A stretch of 64,000 nucleotides of DNA from Camelus dromedarius. Taxonomy: Eukaryota. Shown here in pieces: positions 26,036 through 38,399 of this stretch (within the stretch, counting starts at the first letter, position 1; each line of letters begins with the position of its first letter). The position numbers and the translations under genes are program-made. The stretch lies in the NCBI RefSeq assembly GCF_036321535.1, contig NC_087472.1, positions 96,970,001 to 97,034,000 on the forward strand. The letters run 5' to 3'. Below the pieces are notes generated by a model, which made no database searches, had not been told where the DNA came from, and was given only the letters and a program-made list of their open reading frames with translations.

Positions 26036-27284
26036 TTCACCACAGCCCTCTTCCTCCCTCCTTTTTTGATTGTAACAGTTTTCTGCCTTTACACACTTCC
26101 TCATTTCAGAGAAGTTGTCCAAAAGTATAGTTTATTCATCAGTAGTAGTTATATCTTAAATTTCATTTTAGGGAAAAACTGAAACCTGTTTATGACATTT
26201 AGCGAATCATTTTCTTTTATCAACAACGTCTTTAGATGTTATCTTTTAGATGAGTTATCTATTGAGGAGGCATATGCCCTTCATATGCTAGCTCTTACTA
26301 ACTGTAATTTCAAAGGGGATATTTTCCAACCTTTCACCAAATCCATGGGTACACCTGTTGGGGGCCTTCTTTCTATGTACTGATACATATGAGTCCCCGA
26401 AAGTGGTCTCTAACTGCTCAACAGATGATCAGAGGACAAAAGAAGCAACAGAGAACTCCCTCCACTAAATGCACTTGGTAATTGCCCGTCACAGCTTTAG
26501 ACACTCTTGCAAAAGTGAATGCACAATCAGCCTTGATTATCTGAAGCTAGTTATCGTCTCCATCAGCTTGGCCCCTGTCCCTTTTCTTTGCTCTCACCTG
26601 CTGATTGACCAGTTTGCTGTTCATTAACAGTTTTTAGAAAGATGGGCAGAGAAGGAAAAGGTTGCTACATTTTAATCAGTCTACTTCGGTTAAAAAAAGT
26701 CAGTTCATGTAAAATGGTTTTATCAAAATAAAGGAGAAGGATGAAATTTAAAAAGAAAACTAAAATGAATTTTTTGGTATATTATTTGTTGATTTGATAT
26801 TATTCATAAGTCTTTAGCTCTAATGATGACTGCATATTGAGAGCTGTCACTCCATCTATTTAAAATATTTTATAGAATGATCCTAATTTTGCAAAAAAAT
26901 CCAACTATATATATGAGTAGAAGAATATACATCAAAATTTAATAGTGGATTTCTTTGGTGATGGGACTTTTATTTTCCTTTTTCTTCAGTTTTTTTTTCA
27001 AATTATCTACAGTGAGCCTTTGTTACTTGTACAATATGAATAAAAGATATTATGGTGATTTCATTAAAGTACACTTTGAAAGGTGAGAAACAAATGACTG
27101 CAGTGATTTAATATTTTATAACTGTATGTTAACTACTACTTGAGTCTTTTGTAAGATAGAATAGGCAGTGTTCCTGTAGGAAGCCCATCAAATTCTGTGG
27201 AACAGACACAAGAGAAAAATGCTGAAGGACCAGGGTAGATGAGAATCTTTGGTAATCTAGTATTGGACTCTGAAATAGTTATTC

Positions 27285-27288
27285 ATTT

Positions 27289-27320
<32 letters not shown>

Positions 27321-27510
27321 TTTTAATTTTTTAAATTGAAGTGTAGTCAGTTTACAATGTTGTGTCAGTTTCTGCTGTACAGCATGTTTCAGTCATACAT
27401 ACACATATATATATTCCATCTCATATTCTTTTTCAGTATAGGTTACGGCAAGATACTGAATATGGTTCCCTGTGCTATACAGAAGAACCTTGTTTATCCA
27501 CCTTATATGA
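27285..27510 (-). mobile_element. Short L1 3' end with a (TTTA)n tail-derived microsatellite
   Basis: ATTGAAGTGTAGTCAGTTTACAATGTTGTG...GGTTCCCTGTGCTATACAG, similar to 11594-11745; no clean TSD found. Confidence 0.85.
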
Positions 27511-27691
27511 AATGTTCCTTTAGATTTAATTTTTTGGTCCATAAGCCTGAGGTCTTTGAACCTCAAGGGTTTCATTTTGCCTTCATACCAAAATTTGTAG
27601 GAGACAGAATTTAGGGACTTAAGGGTTCATGTTCTTCTCTGGCTGCTTATTTGTCATTTAGAATCCCAGGCATGTGGATTTGTCTCTTCCC

Positions 27692-28509
27692 TGTCTTAGC
27701 CTATCTTCCCCTAGAAGTAGACTCTGAGGCAGGTTCCAGAACCAGTAGTTAATTTGGAAGGTGATCCCAGGAAGCACTGGCCAGGAGAGTGGGGAAGTGA
27801 GTTAGGGAAGGGAAGGGTGGGTTATCAAGCAAGTTAGCACCATGGATAACAGGAGCATAGTTCTACTGGAAACACTGGGGGCCGTTATAGAACACATGCT
27901 TTAAAGCTATCTCGGTCACTGGTTCAGGGCCGCTCCTGGGGGCATCGATTGACTGCTGGGCTCTGATGGCCAGAAAGATCCCTCAGATGCTGCCAGTCAG
28001 CAGTGGGCCAGGAGTTCAGACAATTCAGACAGTGGTAAGGCATGAGGGGATATAGGCAGGCACAGACAATCTGCCACGCTCCTCCTTTCACAGAACATGG
28101 TAAGGTCACAGTACTTTGTCTGCGTGGGAACAAAAGCAGTTGAGCATTTCCTTGCTTGAAAATGAAGCCTGTGTTACAAAATGCAAAAATGTATTTGGCA
28201 ATGAGTGCCAATAAAGGGCACATCAGTGAGCCAGTCACCACTGTGGCTAAATGCAGCCCAATCTTACTGGAGCCTCTGAGAGAGAATATAAAACATGCCT
28301 CAGAGTTATCCCACCCAAGGAAGCTTGAGGAAGCTTGAGGTTTTATCACCCCATTCAGTCATTATTGACTGAGAATGACTCCCGGGGTATCCCCTGGGCA
28401 CTTCCCACTTGGCCCTCAAAGAGGCTGGGAGAAAGCCCTCAGGTAGAGAGCTGGAGATGCTGGCAGTGAGAGGCATGGAGAGTCAAGGCACTGGCCACAG
28501 TGTGCTACA
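27692..28509 (-). mobile_element. Two LTR16-like (ERVL) pieces
   Basis: TGTCTTAGCC...GGTGATCCCAGGAAGCAC...GGGGAAGTGAG, and a second GCCAATAAAGGG...CACCACTGTGG...TGTGCTACA segment. Confidence 0.55.
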
Positions 28510-31186
28510 CTTAGTGTGGCCAGGGCAGCAGTATGGTGGTCATCCCTGTGGCAGGGGGAGGAGGTGACCTCTTCTCTGATGTGCAGAAGGGCCTAAGATC
28601 TGTGTTCTGGTGGCACCCCTGGCTGAGTTCCCCCAGGGAGAGTAGCAGAGAAGACAAATGCAGAGTCCCTGTGGGGCACCCCTTAGAACTGTCCTGACTT
28701 TGGGGAGGCATTTAGGAGGGATTTGAGACCAGCCACACTTTATTACAGTCCACTTTTCTGTCTCAAGGCTGTTGTGACCTGGGCAGTCCAGGTTCCAATA
28801 GAATTTTAGTGCTGGAAGGAGCCCAGGGCATCCACCTCCCCTCATACAGGGTCCTGCTTCTGTTTCTCCATCAGCTGTGTGGGCGGTGAGTTGTTGAGGT
28901 CCATGTATTCTGTTACTGGATGCTGGATGGGGCTGGGGCTGCTGGGAGATTGGGTGGTGTAACAGCCATTAAAATCTCATACACAGTAGAGCATCTGCAA
29001 GACCGTCAGACGTTATACATTGTCAAGATTTGCTCCCTCTTAAATTTTTGCTGTGTATGGTTATGCTAAAAAACGTGCCTCTTTTCCAGACTCTTTTGTA
29101 TATTCTAGTCAGTATCTATTTCATATGCTTGTTAATTGCTGCTACATGTTGGTTCATAAACCTGCTTGGTTCATCCATCCAGGGAAATTTACTCATCACC
29201 ACCATCAGCTTCCACAGTGTGCTTGGATCTGAGGAACCAGGAAAAGCTGAAGTTACTGTGAAATACAGAGGCAAAGTGCTGGCTAGGGACTTGGATAAAA
29301 ACCCAGGAACTCTGTCCTAGCTTTTCTGCTCAACTAGGCTGTCAGTGCAGGATAAGTCATTGAGACAAACTCAAAAATAATCCTGACTGAATTTCTTGCA
29401 TATGTTTCAACTTGTGTATAGTATTTTATTAGGAAAACACTATCATTTCCCTTCATGAGCCTTAAAATTTTTCTTATATTTCAATAAATGATTTTATTTT
29501 GTTTAGGGAAACACATCCTTCCCTGCACCACCCCCAGAAGAAGACAGGTATCATTTTATAATGATAATTCTCCAAAAATAGTGTTTGATAAGCTTTGTTG
29601 AGAACCTTTTTGTCTCATTAATCAATTATTTATTTGATTTATTCATTCTGTCAATAAATCTACATCAAGTTCCTCCTATGTGTCCATCAGTGTGCTCAGT
29701 TTCAAAGTAAATAAAAGAGACGCAGGCTACATCCTCCTGGAGGTAGGATGGGTGGGCGGCTGCAACCGCTGTATAGAAGATGCAGCCCATTTGCTTCCTT
29801 GAGAAATTTAAATGATGGAGACGCAGCTGGTTGAGCTCTAAGCTCAACTCTGCTTTGTCAGTCCCTGCTTCCCTCCGGCTTCTTTCTCTTGTTTCCTGTT
29901 ATCCCTCCGTCTGTCTCAGAGGGATTTTCTGAGCTGTCTCTTCCTTCCAATGGCTAGGTTTCCCTGGCGCTGCCTCTTGTCACACAGCCAGTTCTTGAAG
30001 GTTGTGAAGAGAATGTCACCTTGTTTTTTTCCCCCAAACTCTCCTTACATATTTAGAAATCGAAGGTGGTTTCGGCAATGATTCATACCCTGCAGCCCTG
30101 GGATCAAATGACTGAATCCCGGGAGCATAGGAGCAAGGAATGGACTGAGTCCCTCAAATCCAGACATCTAGTTGCTGTCAGCATTTGGGAATTATGCATT
30201 CAAGCAATGCTCTCTTTTTCTCACATTTTACTTGTTGTGTGAGCAGGTGGGCGAAAGCCTGGTAGGTGTCATGGGCTAGAAAATGCTGTGAAGAATTCCT
30301 CACAGCTCCTTCCTGAACCTTCCACGATGAAGCCAATTTGCATCTGAGCCTATAGTTCTGGGGCTTCGAGCTTTATCGAGTATGTGCTTATTTAATTGCC
30401 CTCTTTACACTTGGTTCCTTTCTGCACTTTTGAATTTGGTCTGTTCCCTGCAGAACAGACTTGACTATTTTTAAACTGGTTGGCATTAAACACACTGTGG
30501 TTTCTCCTTTAAATTTGTTGATCGGGTAAATTAATTTAGAAAAACTGTGGAGATAAACATTTAAGGAAGGATTTTTAAGGAGAGGCTAGGACTTGGTTCA
30601 CTGTCTTTTCAGACTGCTGTTAATGCAAATGGATTTCTTGTGTCCCTCTCACGTCGGGATGTTGTTAAGTACAGATTCTGCAATAGGAGGATTTTTCCAT
30701 TAGTTGTTCAGAGGAGTAAAAGAAAAAAGCATGTTCACAGCAAAGAAGAAATTGACTTTAAGACTCTATTAAGAATAAAATGGCCTGGAACTGCAGTGGG
30801 GAAAAGGAAAACATTCACTAGAGAGGCAGAACATATAGTAGTATAATTATTGTACTAGTCATTCATAGTATTATCCCATACTGATTAACCATGACAAGAG
30901 ATTGAACAGAATCCTTCAGAGTGCCCTACTTACAGGAGAAAAAAGGGTGATGTATTTGTCAGTTAAAGTGTTGCTCTAAATATTAGGGTTTTTTTTCACA
31001 AGAATTTCTTTTTCAAGGAGGAGATGTTGGAGACCAAGAACACAAAGAAAATATATATGAAACAGTGCATTGTGCTGTCACACTGCAGGGTGGTTGGTAT
31101 ATCTGCTTCAGATTAAGGGTTTGATGTCATGGAAACAGCTTGTTCATTTGGAAAGCTGCTGACACTCTGTGGGAAGGCAAAGGACC

Positions 31187-31188
31187 TG

Positions 31189-31240
<52 letters not shown>
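31187..31240. repeat. (TG)n microsatellite
   Basis: About 27 dinucleotide units with one CG interruption. Confidence 0.98.
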
Positions 31241-31243
<3 letters not shown>

Positions 31244-31359
31244 CAGTCCCTATCAACCCTCAGCGAAACCAAAACGCATTCCTGCCAGAAAGTATGGAAT
31301 TATATCAGAGGGTTAGACTTCTCTTTTACTTTTGGCATCAGAGTTTTAGAATAGAGCAC

Positions 31360-31499
31360 ATGACTCATTTGAAGAATAATGTTGGAATGAAAATTCTGAG
31401 TCATTGGGTCTGGGGTGGGGACTGAACTTGTGCATTTCTAAGCAGCTCCCTGCTGATGCCGATGCAGATGGTCTGGGGATCACACTTGGGAAACCACTG
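31360..31499. mobile_element. MER5A-like MITE
   Basis: ATTCTGAGTCATTGGGTCTGGGGTGGGG...TGCATTTCTAAGCAGCTCCC...GATGC...CACACTTGGGAAACCACTG. Confidence 0.7.
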
Positions 31500-31885
31500 C
31501 TTTAGAGCTGGTCTCAATTTGGCTAAACATTTGAATCACCTTCCTTTCTGGCTAGTGTGAACTACTTAATTACTTAATGTTTGGTCAGAAATTTTAAAAA
31601 GAATCATAGTTTTAAATTTTTGCTTTTGCTTTTACTGATTGGTTTGTCACTTTTAACTTTTACTTAGAGCTAGATGTCTTGGCAAATAAAAGAAGGTAAA
31701 CTACGTACATGTTTAATACATTATTCTGAACTGAACATTGTAGACTATCAAATTATACTGGAGTTTGGAGACCTGGAAGGAAAACGGTTTACAGTCTCCT
31801 TCCTACCCATAAATAGAACCAAGAAATCATATAGGTGATCAATCTGGTAAAAGCGATGACTCTTTGGCAAATTGAGAATACCCGC

Positions 31886-32336
31886 TGTAGTGGATTGAAT
31901 AGTGTTCTCCAAAAATTCTTGTCCACCTATAACTTCAGAGTGTGACCTTGTTAGGAAATAGAGTTTTTGCAGATGGAACTAGTTAAGATGGGGTCATATT
32001 GAATTAGGATGGGCCCTAAATCCAATGGCTGGTGTCCTAATAAGATGGGGAGTGGTTGCAGACACACACATACACAGGGAAGACGGCCATGTGAAAATGG
32101 AGGCAGAGATTGGAGTGATACAGCTGCAACCCAAGGCACTCCAAGGACTGCCAAGAGCCACCAGAAGCTAGGAAGAGGCAAGGAGGTATTCTCTGGAGCC
32201 TTCATAGCGAGCATAGCCCTGCTGACACCTTAATTTCAAGCTCCTACCCTTCAGAACTATGAGATAATAAATTTCTGTTGTTTTAAGCCATCACATTTGT
32301 GGTAATTTGTTACAGCAGCCCTAAGAAATAAATATG
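31886..32336 (+). mobile_element. MLT1 (B/C-like) MaLR solo LTR
   Basis: TGTAGTGGATTGAATAG...AATAAATTTCTGTTGTTTTAAGCCA...GTTACAGCAGCCCTAAGAAA; 5-bp TSD CCCGC/CCCAC. Confidence 0.88.
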
Positions 32337-32914
32337 CCCACCATAGCATAGAGAACTGTACTGAAACCTGGTCTCATCAGAGCTGGATATACATGCTCTT
32401 CTTTATTTGAGATGGGCAAGCACTTTATTTCTCAAGGAAAGGGTGTGATTTCCATTTTATTGAGCCATAAATTTAAATCCCCCAATAAATTCAGGGATCA
32501 TCTGTTGTCCTGTGATTTTTGAATAGCCTGTGGTTAATTAAGTACATGGTTCCAATCACAGCTATGAAATGATAATGATAAAGTCGTGTATCTTCATCCA
32601 GCTTTCTTCAGCATCCTTAAGTTATACTTGAGCTCTGTTGTAGTTGTGCTGCTGATTTCTGCATGATTCACTGTAACAGCTTAGGTGCTTATGGGGTCAG
32701 GATCATGGGTTTGATTCCCTGGTGAAACAGTTGGCTGTTTCTTGGCTGTGGACTGCTCACTTAACCCTGGCTAATGTCCTTGAAAATGTTGATCAGAATT
32801 GGAATTGAGTGAAGCTGTCTAGAACAAGTTCAATACTCTAACAAACAAAACATTTCAAGAGCACAGCCTACTAAAAGTGGGTAAGTAGTGTCAACTTCTC
32901 ATGCAAAGGACAAT

Positions 32915-32952
32915 ATGATGATGATGATGATGACAGTGATGATGATGATGAT
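32915..32952. repeat. (ATG)n microsatellite, interrupted
   Basis: ATGATGATG...ACAGTGATGATGATG. Confidence 0.9.
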
Positions 32953-33939
32953 ATTTAATCTAATAGGTATATTTGGGTCAACATTTTGACTCTCCATCAG
33001 CACTTGGTTCATAGTTTGGAAAATTGAATTGTGTCCCAGGTTTGATCTCAATCTGTGCTGGATTTGTAGACACAATTGAGATGGCTTTGAAATTTATTAA
33101 GTTAATTATTAATGCAGCTACTTTGATTTTGAGGATGAATTTAATTCCATGGATTTTTGTAGTTGGAATCACATATAGCTTTAGGAGTTCTAGGGAGACA
33201 TTGACAATATTGCCCATTAATTTCTCTTAAGTCTTAGAATCTTACCCCAAACTGACAAATTTGATTTGGATTTTATAAGAATTCCCAGCAAGATGTAAGC
33301 AACTTAACCTATAGGGTGTTTGTGTCAGTGCGAATTTGCTCTTATGATTTACATTTAAACGAAGTTATGAAAAAAGATCTTGGGAGTTGTTTTCTTTATG
33401 GAAAGTTGCTGTGCTCTCAAGAAAATGGTTTTAGTAAAAAGCTTTTCTGGATGCAGCGCTACAACAGGCCCACCTTCATAGTTTATATTAGTTGGTAAAA
33501 TGTCTCGGTAGAGGCAGGGGGCAAGGGAAGGAAACGCCTTTCCAGGGTTTGAATAATTACTTCTAAGATGAAAGAAGGAAGTGGATTTGTCCTAAGCATA
33601 TGAGATAAAACTTTTAAAAATTCTGTATCATAATTGTAGCATTTCAGAGTGTTCCAAAGGTTAAGTATACTGCACAGTAGGTTTAATCAGAGAAAGGGGT
33701 ATTTGGCAGAATACCAGCTGATTACATTAACACGATGCCTATTGTCCTGGTTGCACAGTCTATTTTATTTGGTGTCATTTATTACATTTGGGGATGGGGG
33801 CTTCCCTTTCTTATTTCTTATTTTCTTTCCATCAGGAACAATTCCAGGAAATTTTCAGAGAGAACCTGAGATACTGTGCCTGATGCCTTGTATTTGTCCT
33901 GTTTGCTTCCCCTTTGGGTTGTTAGAGGGGAGAAAGTCT

Positions 33940-35697
33940 GAGTGTTAGGACACTCATAGAGGAGCAATTTCAAGGCTCTATATATGCCTGATTAGGGAGA
34001 GGATTAAAACTAATATTTATCTGAGCACCTATCAAATATCAGGTGTGGTGCAGGTAAATTCACGTATCCCTGCAGCCCTCTGATATAGGTATTATGATTC
34101 CAATTTCACTTCTAGGAAACTGAGGCTCAAAGAGATGATGCATTTGCCCAAGAACACACAGCACTTAAGTGGGATTCGGATCAGTCTGACTCCAAAGCCT
34201 GAGTTCTCTTACTGCACCATGTTACCTTTTAAAATGTAAAATGTAAATGTAAGATATTGAGTCCCACCCCTTGGGAGGTGATAGAGCATGATGGTTAAAA
34301 GGGCAGACCCTGGAGCTATGTTGCCTCGGCTCAAGCCTCATACCTGCGACTTAATAACTGTGTGACCCCAGGCAAATTGCACACCCTCTCTATGCCTCAT
34401 TTCTTCATATGTATAAAGGGTGATAATATTAGCACCTACACAACAGGGTTGTGGTGACTCTAGAATGAGCAACTAGAGCAATGCCTGGCACATGGTGGGG
34501 ACCAGGTTAATATTTATCATTAAGCCTTGCAATAACACTATTTGACAGGTGAAGATCTGACTATCTTGCCTGAAGTGGCACAGCTAGAATGGAGTAGCAT
34601 GGCTGAAACAGGGTTTGAGCAGAGCCTGATGATATGTCCAGGGCTCTTTTCACTATACATCAGGTGAAAATTATCAGGAGTCACCAAGAACTAGAATTAG
34701 GGAGAAAACAGTATACTCCTCTGAGTCCCTGAAACCTTTGCATTGGCCTCTGAGTGAGTGCAGACACACACTCAGAAAAACATTCATGCAACAGCTGTTC
34801 TCAGGGGTGTGTGAAATTTAGCGTCCATAACCGGAGGGCTCTGATTTCCAGTTCCAGCTCCGGAAGCTAGTTACTAAGAAGGCTCTCACAGCTTCCTCAC
34901 TCAGTCTTCTGACTCACTGCAGCCTGCCTCCCCTCTGTCCCCGCCCAACCCAAATCCTGGGATTGCTGGGAAGGCAACAAGGATCTGATCACTGTGAAGT
35001 GACCGTGTTTTAAGTCTCCTTGCAGAGCGAATCCTCACATTGGTTGCTGGGTTGTCAAAGCTTTAGAGAAGATGGCCCTAGTGCTGGCTGCCACGTGCCT
35101 CCTGACTGTCAGTTCAAATGTGAGTGGGTGAGAGCAGGGGGCACTTCAGAAGCTTCTCAGCAGAAAAGACTAAGTATCATGTTGTCACCTCCTACCATCA
35201 CTGCCCGTGTCCCTTTGTTCTCTGCCCTTGGTAGGCAGGGGTCATTTTTTCTTCTCATGTAAGCGGACCACAATTCACCTAAGATAGTTTAACACAAATC
35301 TCTCTAAATGTTTGTGATGGTGTTTGATTTGATGTCCCAGTGAGCCCCCAAATCTCCATTCTTCCTTCTTGCCATAGTTTCTTCCCTCTCCTCTGTTTCA
35401 CTGGAATTGATAATAATGGTGCCACAAAGAGACTTGTTCCAACTAACCTTGTTTTCTTCTCATCCATTGAGCACCCCTTGTATATACCCAGCCCTGGGAC
35501 TTGACTCATGTCATACCTTGTCCATTCTGCCATTTAGAGTGTTAAGACACTCACAGAATAACAATTTCAAGGCTCTCCATATTCTTGGCTGGAGAGAGGA
35601 TCGAAACTAGCATTTTCTGAGCACCCATCAAGATCTAGGTGTGATGCTGATAAATTCACATATCCCAGGAGCCTTCTGACATAGGAATTATGATTCC
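33940..35697 (+). repeat. Diverged direct repeat of about 160 bp (33940-34101 and 35537-35697)
   Basis: Manual alignment about 80% identical, including a non-MIR part GAGTGTTARGACACTCAYAGA...CAATTTCAAGGCTCT. Confidence 0.85.
34010..34660. mobile_element. MIR cluster (minus, plus, minus pieces)
   Basis: GGAAACTGAGGCTCAAAGAG; TGTGTGACCCCAGGCAAATTGCACACCCTCTCTATGCCTCATTTCTTCAT; CTTGCCTGAAGTGGCACAGCTAG. Confidence 0.7.
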
Positions 35698-35829
35698 TGT
35701 TTGTGTTCTGTTTCTCGTTTAAGGATTAGTTCTACTTCTGCAGCTAGCCTTATCTCTCTCAGCTGCCTGTTTTGTATCTCTCATGTAGCCCTTGGAGGCA
35801 GGCACCTCTATCATATAGCCCCTTACCAC

Positions 35830-36255
35830 ACATTTATGATTCCTGAAAACACAAATGTTGGCTTCTCACTAGGAACACTTGCTAATTCCTGCCTATCGGG
35901 TTTTTCTTGTGAGACAATGCTTAGCCCATGTTTAGGGCAAGTGAATGCCCCAGAAGCAGCCCTCAGCAAATGATAGATGAATTAAGTTGGTGGATAAATT
36001 GTGCTACTTCATCACCCTTTGGTAGGATGATTCAGACATGTTCTGCAGTATATCTCAGAGGTCCTCAGTGGAATTGAGCCTCATTTGCCCACAGCAGTAA
36101 CCTCCTCAATAACGAACCCTTTTTTGGCTTCTTTCCCTTCCCTGGCTTACTTCCAGTCACCCTTACCAGAGCTTCCTAGGATCATCTCCAAAGTAAACTA
36201 CTTGTATCTGAATCCTTGTCTCAAGGTCTGCTTCTGGAAGAATCTAGCCCAGACA
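35830..36255 (+). mobile_element. LTR16-like (ERVL) LTR
   Basis: End TAAACTACTTGTATCTGAATCCTTGTCTCAAGGTCTGCTTCTGGAAGAATCTAGCCCAGACA; 5' boundary approximate. Confidence 0.6.
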
Positions 36256-38399
36256 AAAACTTTAGATTTGCTCACTTAATATGATGGTTTTCCACAAGTT
36301 TGTTGCACATTCCTTTGTGGAGTCGGGTTGGGGAACTATTTCTTCTCTTGATTCAACAATATTTATGGAGCACTTAATGTATATGAGACATTGTACAGAA
36401 TTATACAGAGGACTAAAAATTGAATGAATTGAATGATTAAAAATAGTTCTTGACCTCTAGGAATTGTGATATGAAAATGGATTTCAAAATTGCAATCTCA
36501 AGATTTCTCTACAATTTCTTTTTCTTGACCTTTAACTGGTGTACTAACTGAAACAAAGGAAATGATGTTATGGTAACACTGAAAGTCAGAGATGACACAT
36601 TGTTGACAATTCAGTTTTAGCAGTATTAGGCGATCCTCTGAAAAAATACAATCCTACACTGCTAAAGCATCAAATGTCATTTTATCTCATGTTCTTGTCC
36701 AATTTTTATCTATGTCCATATTGCTGTAACGGATGGCAATCAGAGCATAGTTACAATTTTGAATTCTGCTTTTAAATTATCACTCTACTGTGTATGTTTC
36801 CATTTTTTAGACAATCTTCATAATTATTGTGAATAACTTAGAGTACTATACTGAGCTGATGTATCATAAATTACAAAATAGTTTTCATATTGTATAACTT
36901 TTAGGTTATTTATTAATGTTTACCATTATATATAATACTTCAGTGAAAATCTGCTGACAGTTTTTTTCCTGTTGAAATATTTCCTTTTATAAATTCTCAG
37001 TAGCAGGATTTCTGCTATTCAACCAAAGAGGCTAGATTTTTTTGTGGCTCTTCTTGTCTCTGACACTTCTTTTCTTTGTGGTTCCTAGAGCAAAGAGAGC
37101 TGTTTAAATATTCATGTTAGAGGAAGTGGAGAGATGAAAAAAAGATACTAGGTGTCCCTTAAATCTTTTTCCTATTACTGCAATAGCATGGATTAATGTA
37201 AGAGGCCAGTAAATGATCACGTTGGGAATCACCAAGAATCTAGCCTGAAGGAGGCAAGATATAGGGCATCTGGGCAGGCTTATTCTCTGGGCCTGGGAGT
37301 AAGGGTCCCAGTATACTTCCTGGTGAGATGTGTGGCATGCTCCAGGTAGCATGAAGTAGACAGATGGGAATACTGTCTGGCAAGTTTTCACTAGTGTTGT
37401 CCTTGGCTTCCTGGGCCTGATGGACCTGCTCAGGTCAGCCAGGAACTCTTATACACTGCTGCTTATCTAGAGCTGGGCTGTCATTTGAATGTGTCATCAT
37501 CTGCTCCAGTGGTCCCTAAGTGACCTGGCATTATGCTGACTGATGGTCAAAGAGAGAAATTCTGGGTGTTCTTGCTACAGCTGAGGACTGTTGTCTGCTT
37601 CAGAAATTCCCAGGTACCCCCAACTCTATGGTTTTAATTTAAACAATACAGAGGAAAAATATACAGTTGAAGACAGTTTCTAGATACCCATTTGATTAAG
37701 TAATTACTTAGTTACTTAATTCAATATTAGTTAACAAACACATAAAAGCATTTTTTTTTCAGGGGTTGCCATGTACTAGTCTTGTTTCAGGTGCTAAGAC
37801 TTGATACCAGCCCTTGGGAAAGTGGTCTGTGACACAATATTACACTGTAACTATATTGTTCTTCAGAATAAGAACAGGAAGTCGAAACTCCAGATTTGTT
37901 TTGTAGTTTATAATCATGCATTTCCAAAAAGGATTCAAGGATCATAATCCAAGCCATGTCATGACTAGCCCTTTTATGCATACACTTTCTCTCATTTGAA
38001 AGCATATTTTTAACAGCCCTAAACTCACCACCCTAAGTTCACTCCAATTTGTAACCTCTTCCTTCAAAACCTGACTCAAAGCTTACTTACCCTGAGATAT
38101 TTTCTTAGTTAAATCCCATCTGTTTCTGATTTCTGCATACAGGATTCCTTGGTATTTATGATGGAGAGTTAGATTATCCTGAATATATTTGAATTTTGAT
38201 GTATATAAATTTGTATATCTTAATCTAAGTTCTGTTGAAATATAACATGCATACAGAAGAAGGAACCTGTTGTAAGTGTACAACTCAATTAATTTGTACA
38301 AAGTGGACATTCCATGTAACCAGTACCCAGACCAAGAAACAGTGCCCCTCTGGAATCACCACATGCCCTCACACTTGGTTCCCTGTACCACTAGATCCA

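Noticed and set aside
28318..28340. Short tandem duplications (AGGAAGCTTG x2; also CAGGGACACAT x2 near 5296 and GATCATAT x2 near 513)
   Set aside because: Two-unit slippage duplications with no spacer array; not CRISPR-like
32978..33230. Overlapping hydrophobic ORFs on both strands
   Set aside because: Short, AT-rich, with no homology or splice context recognised
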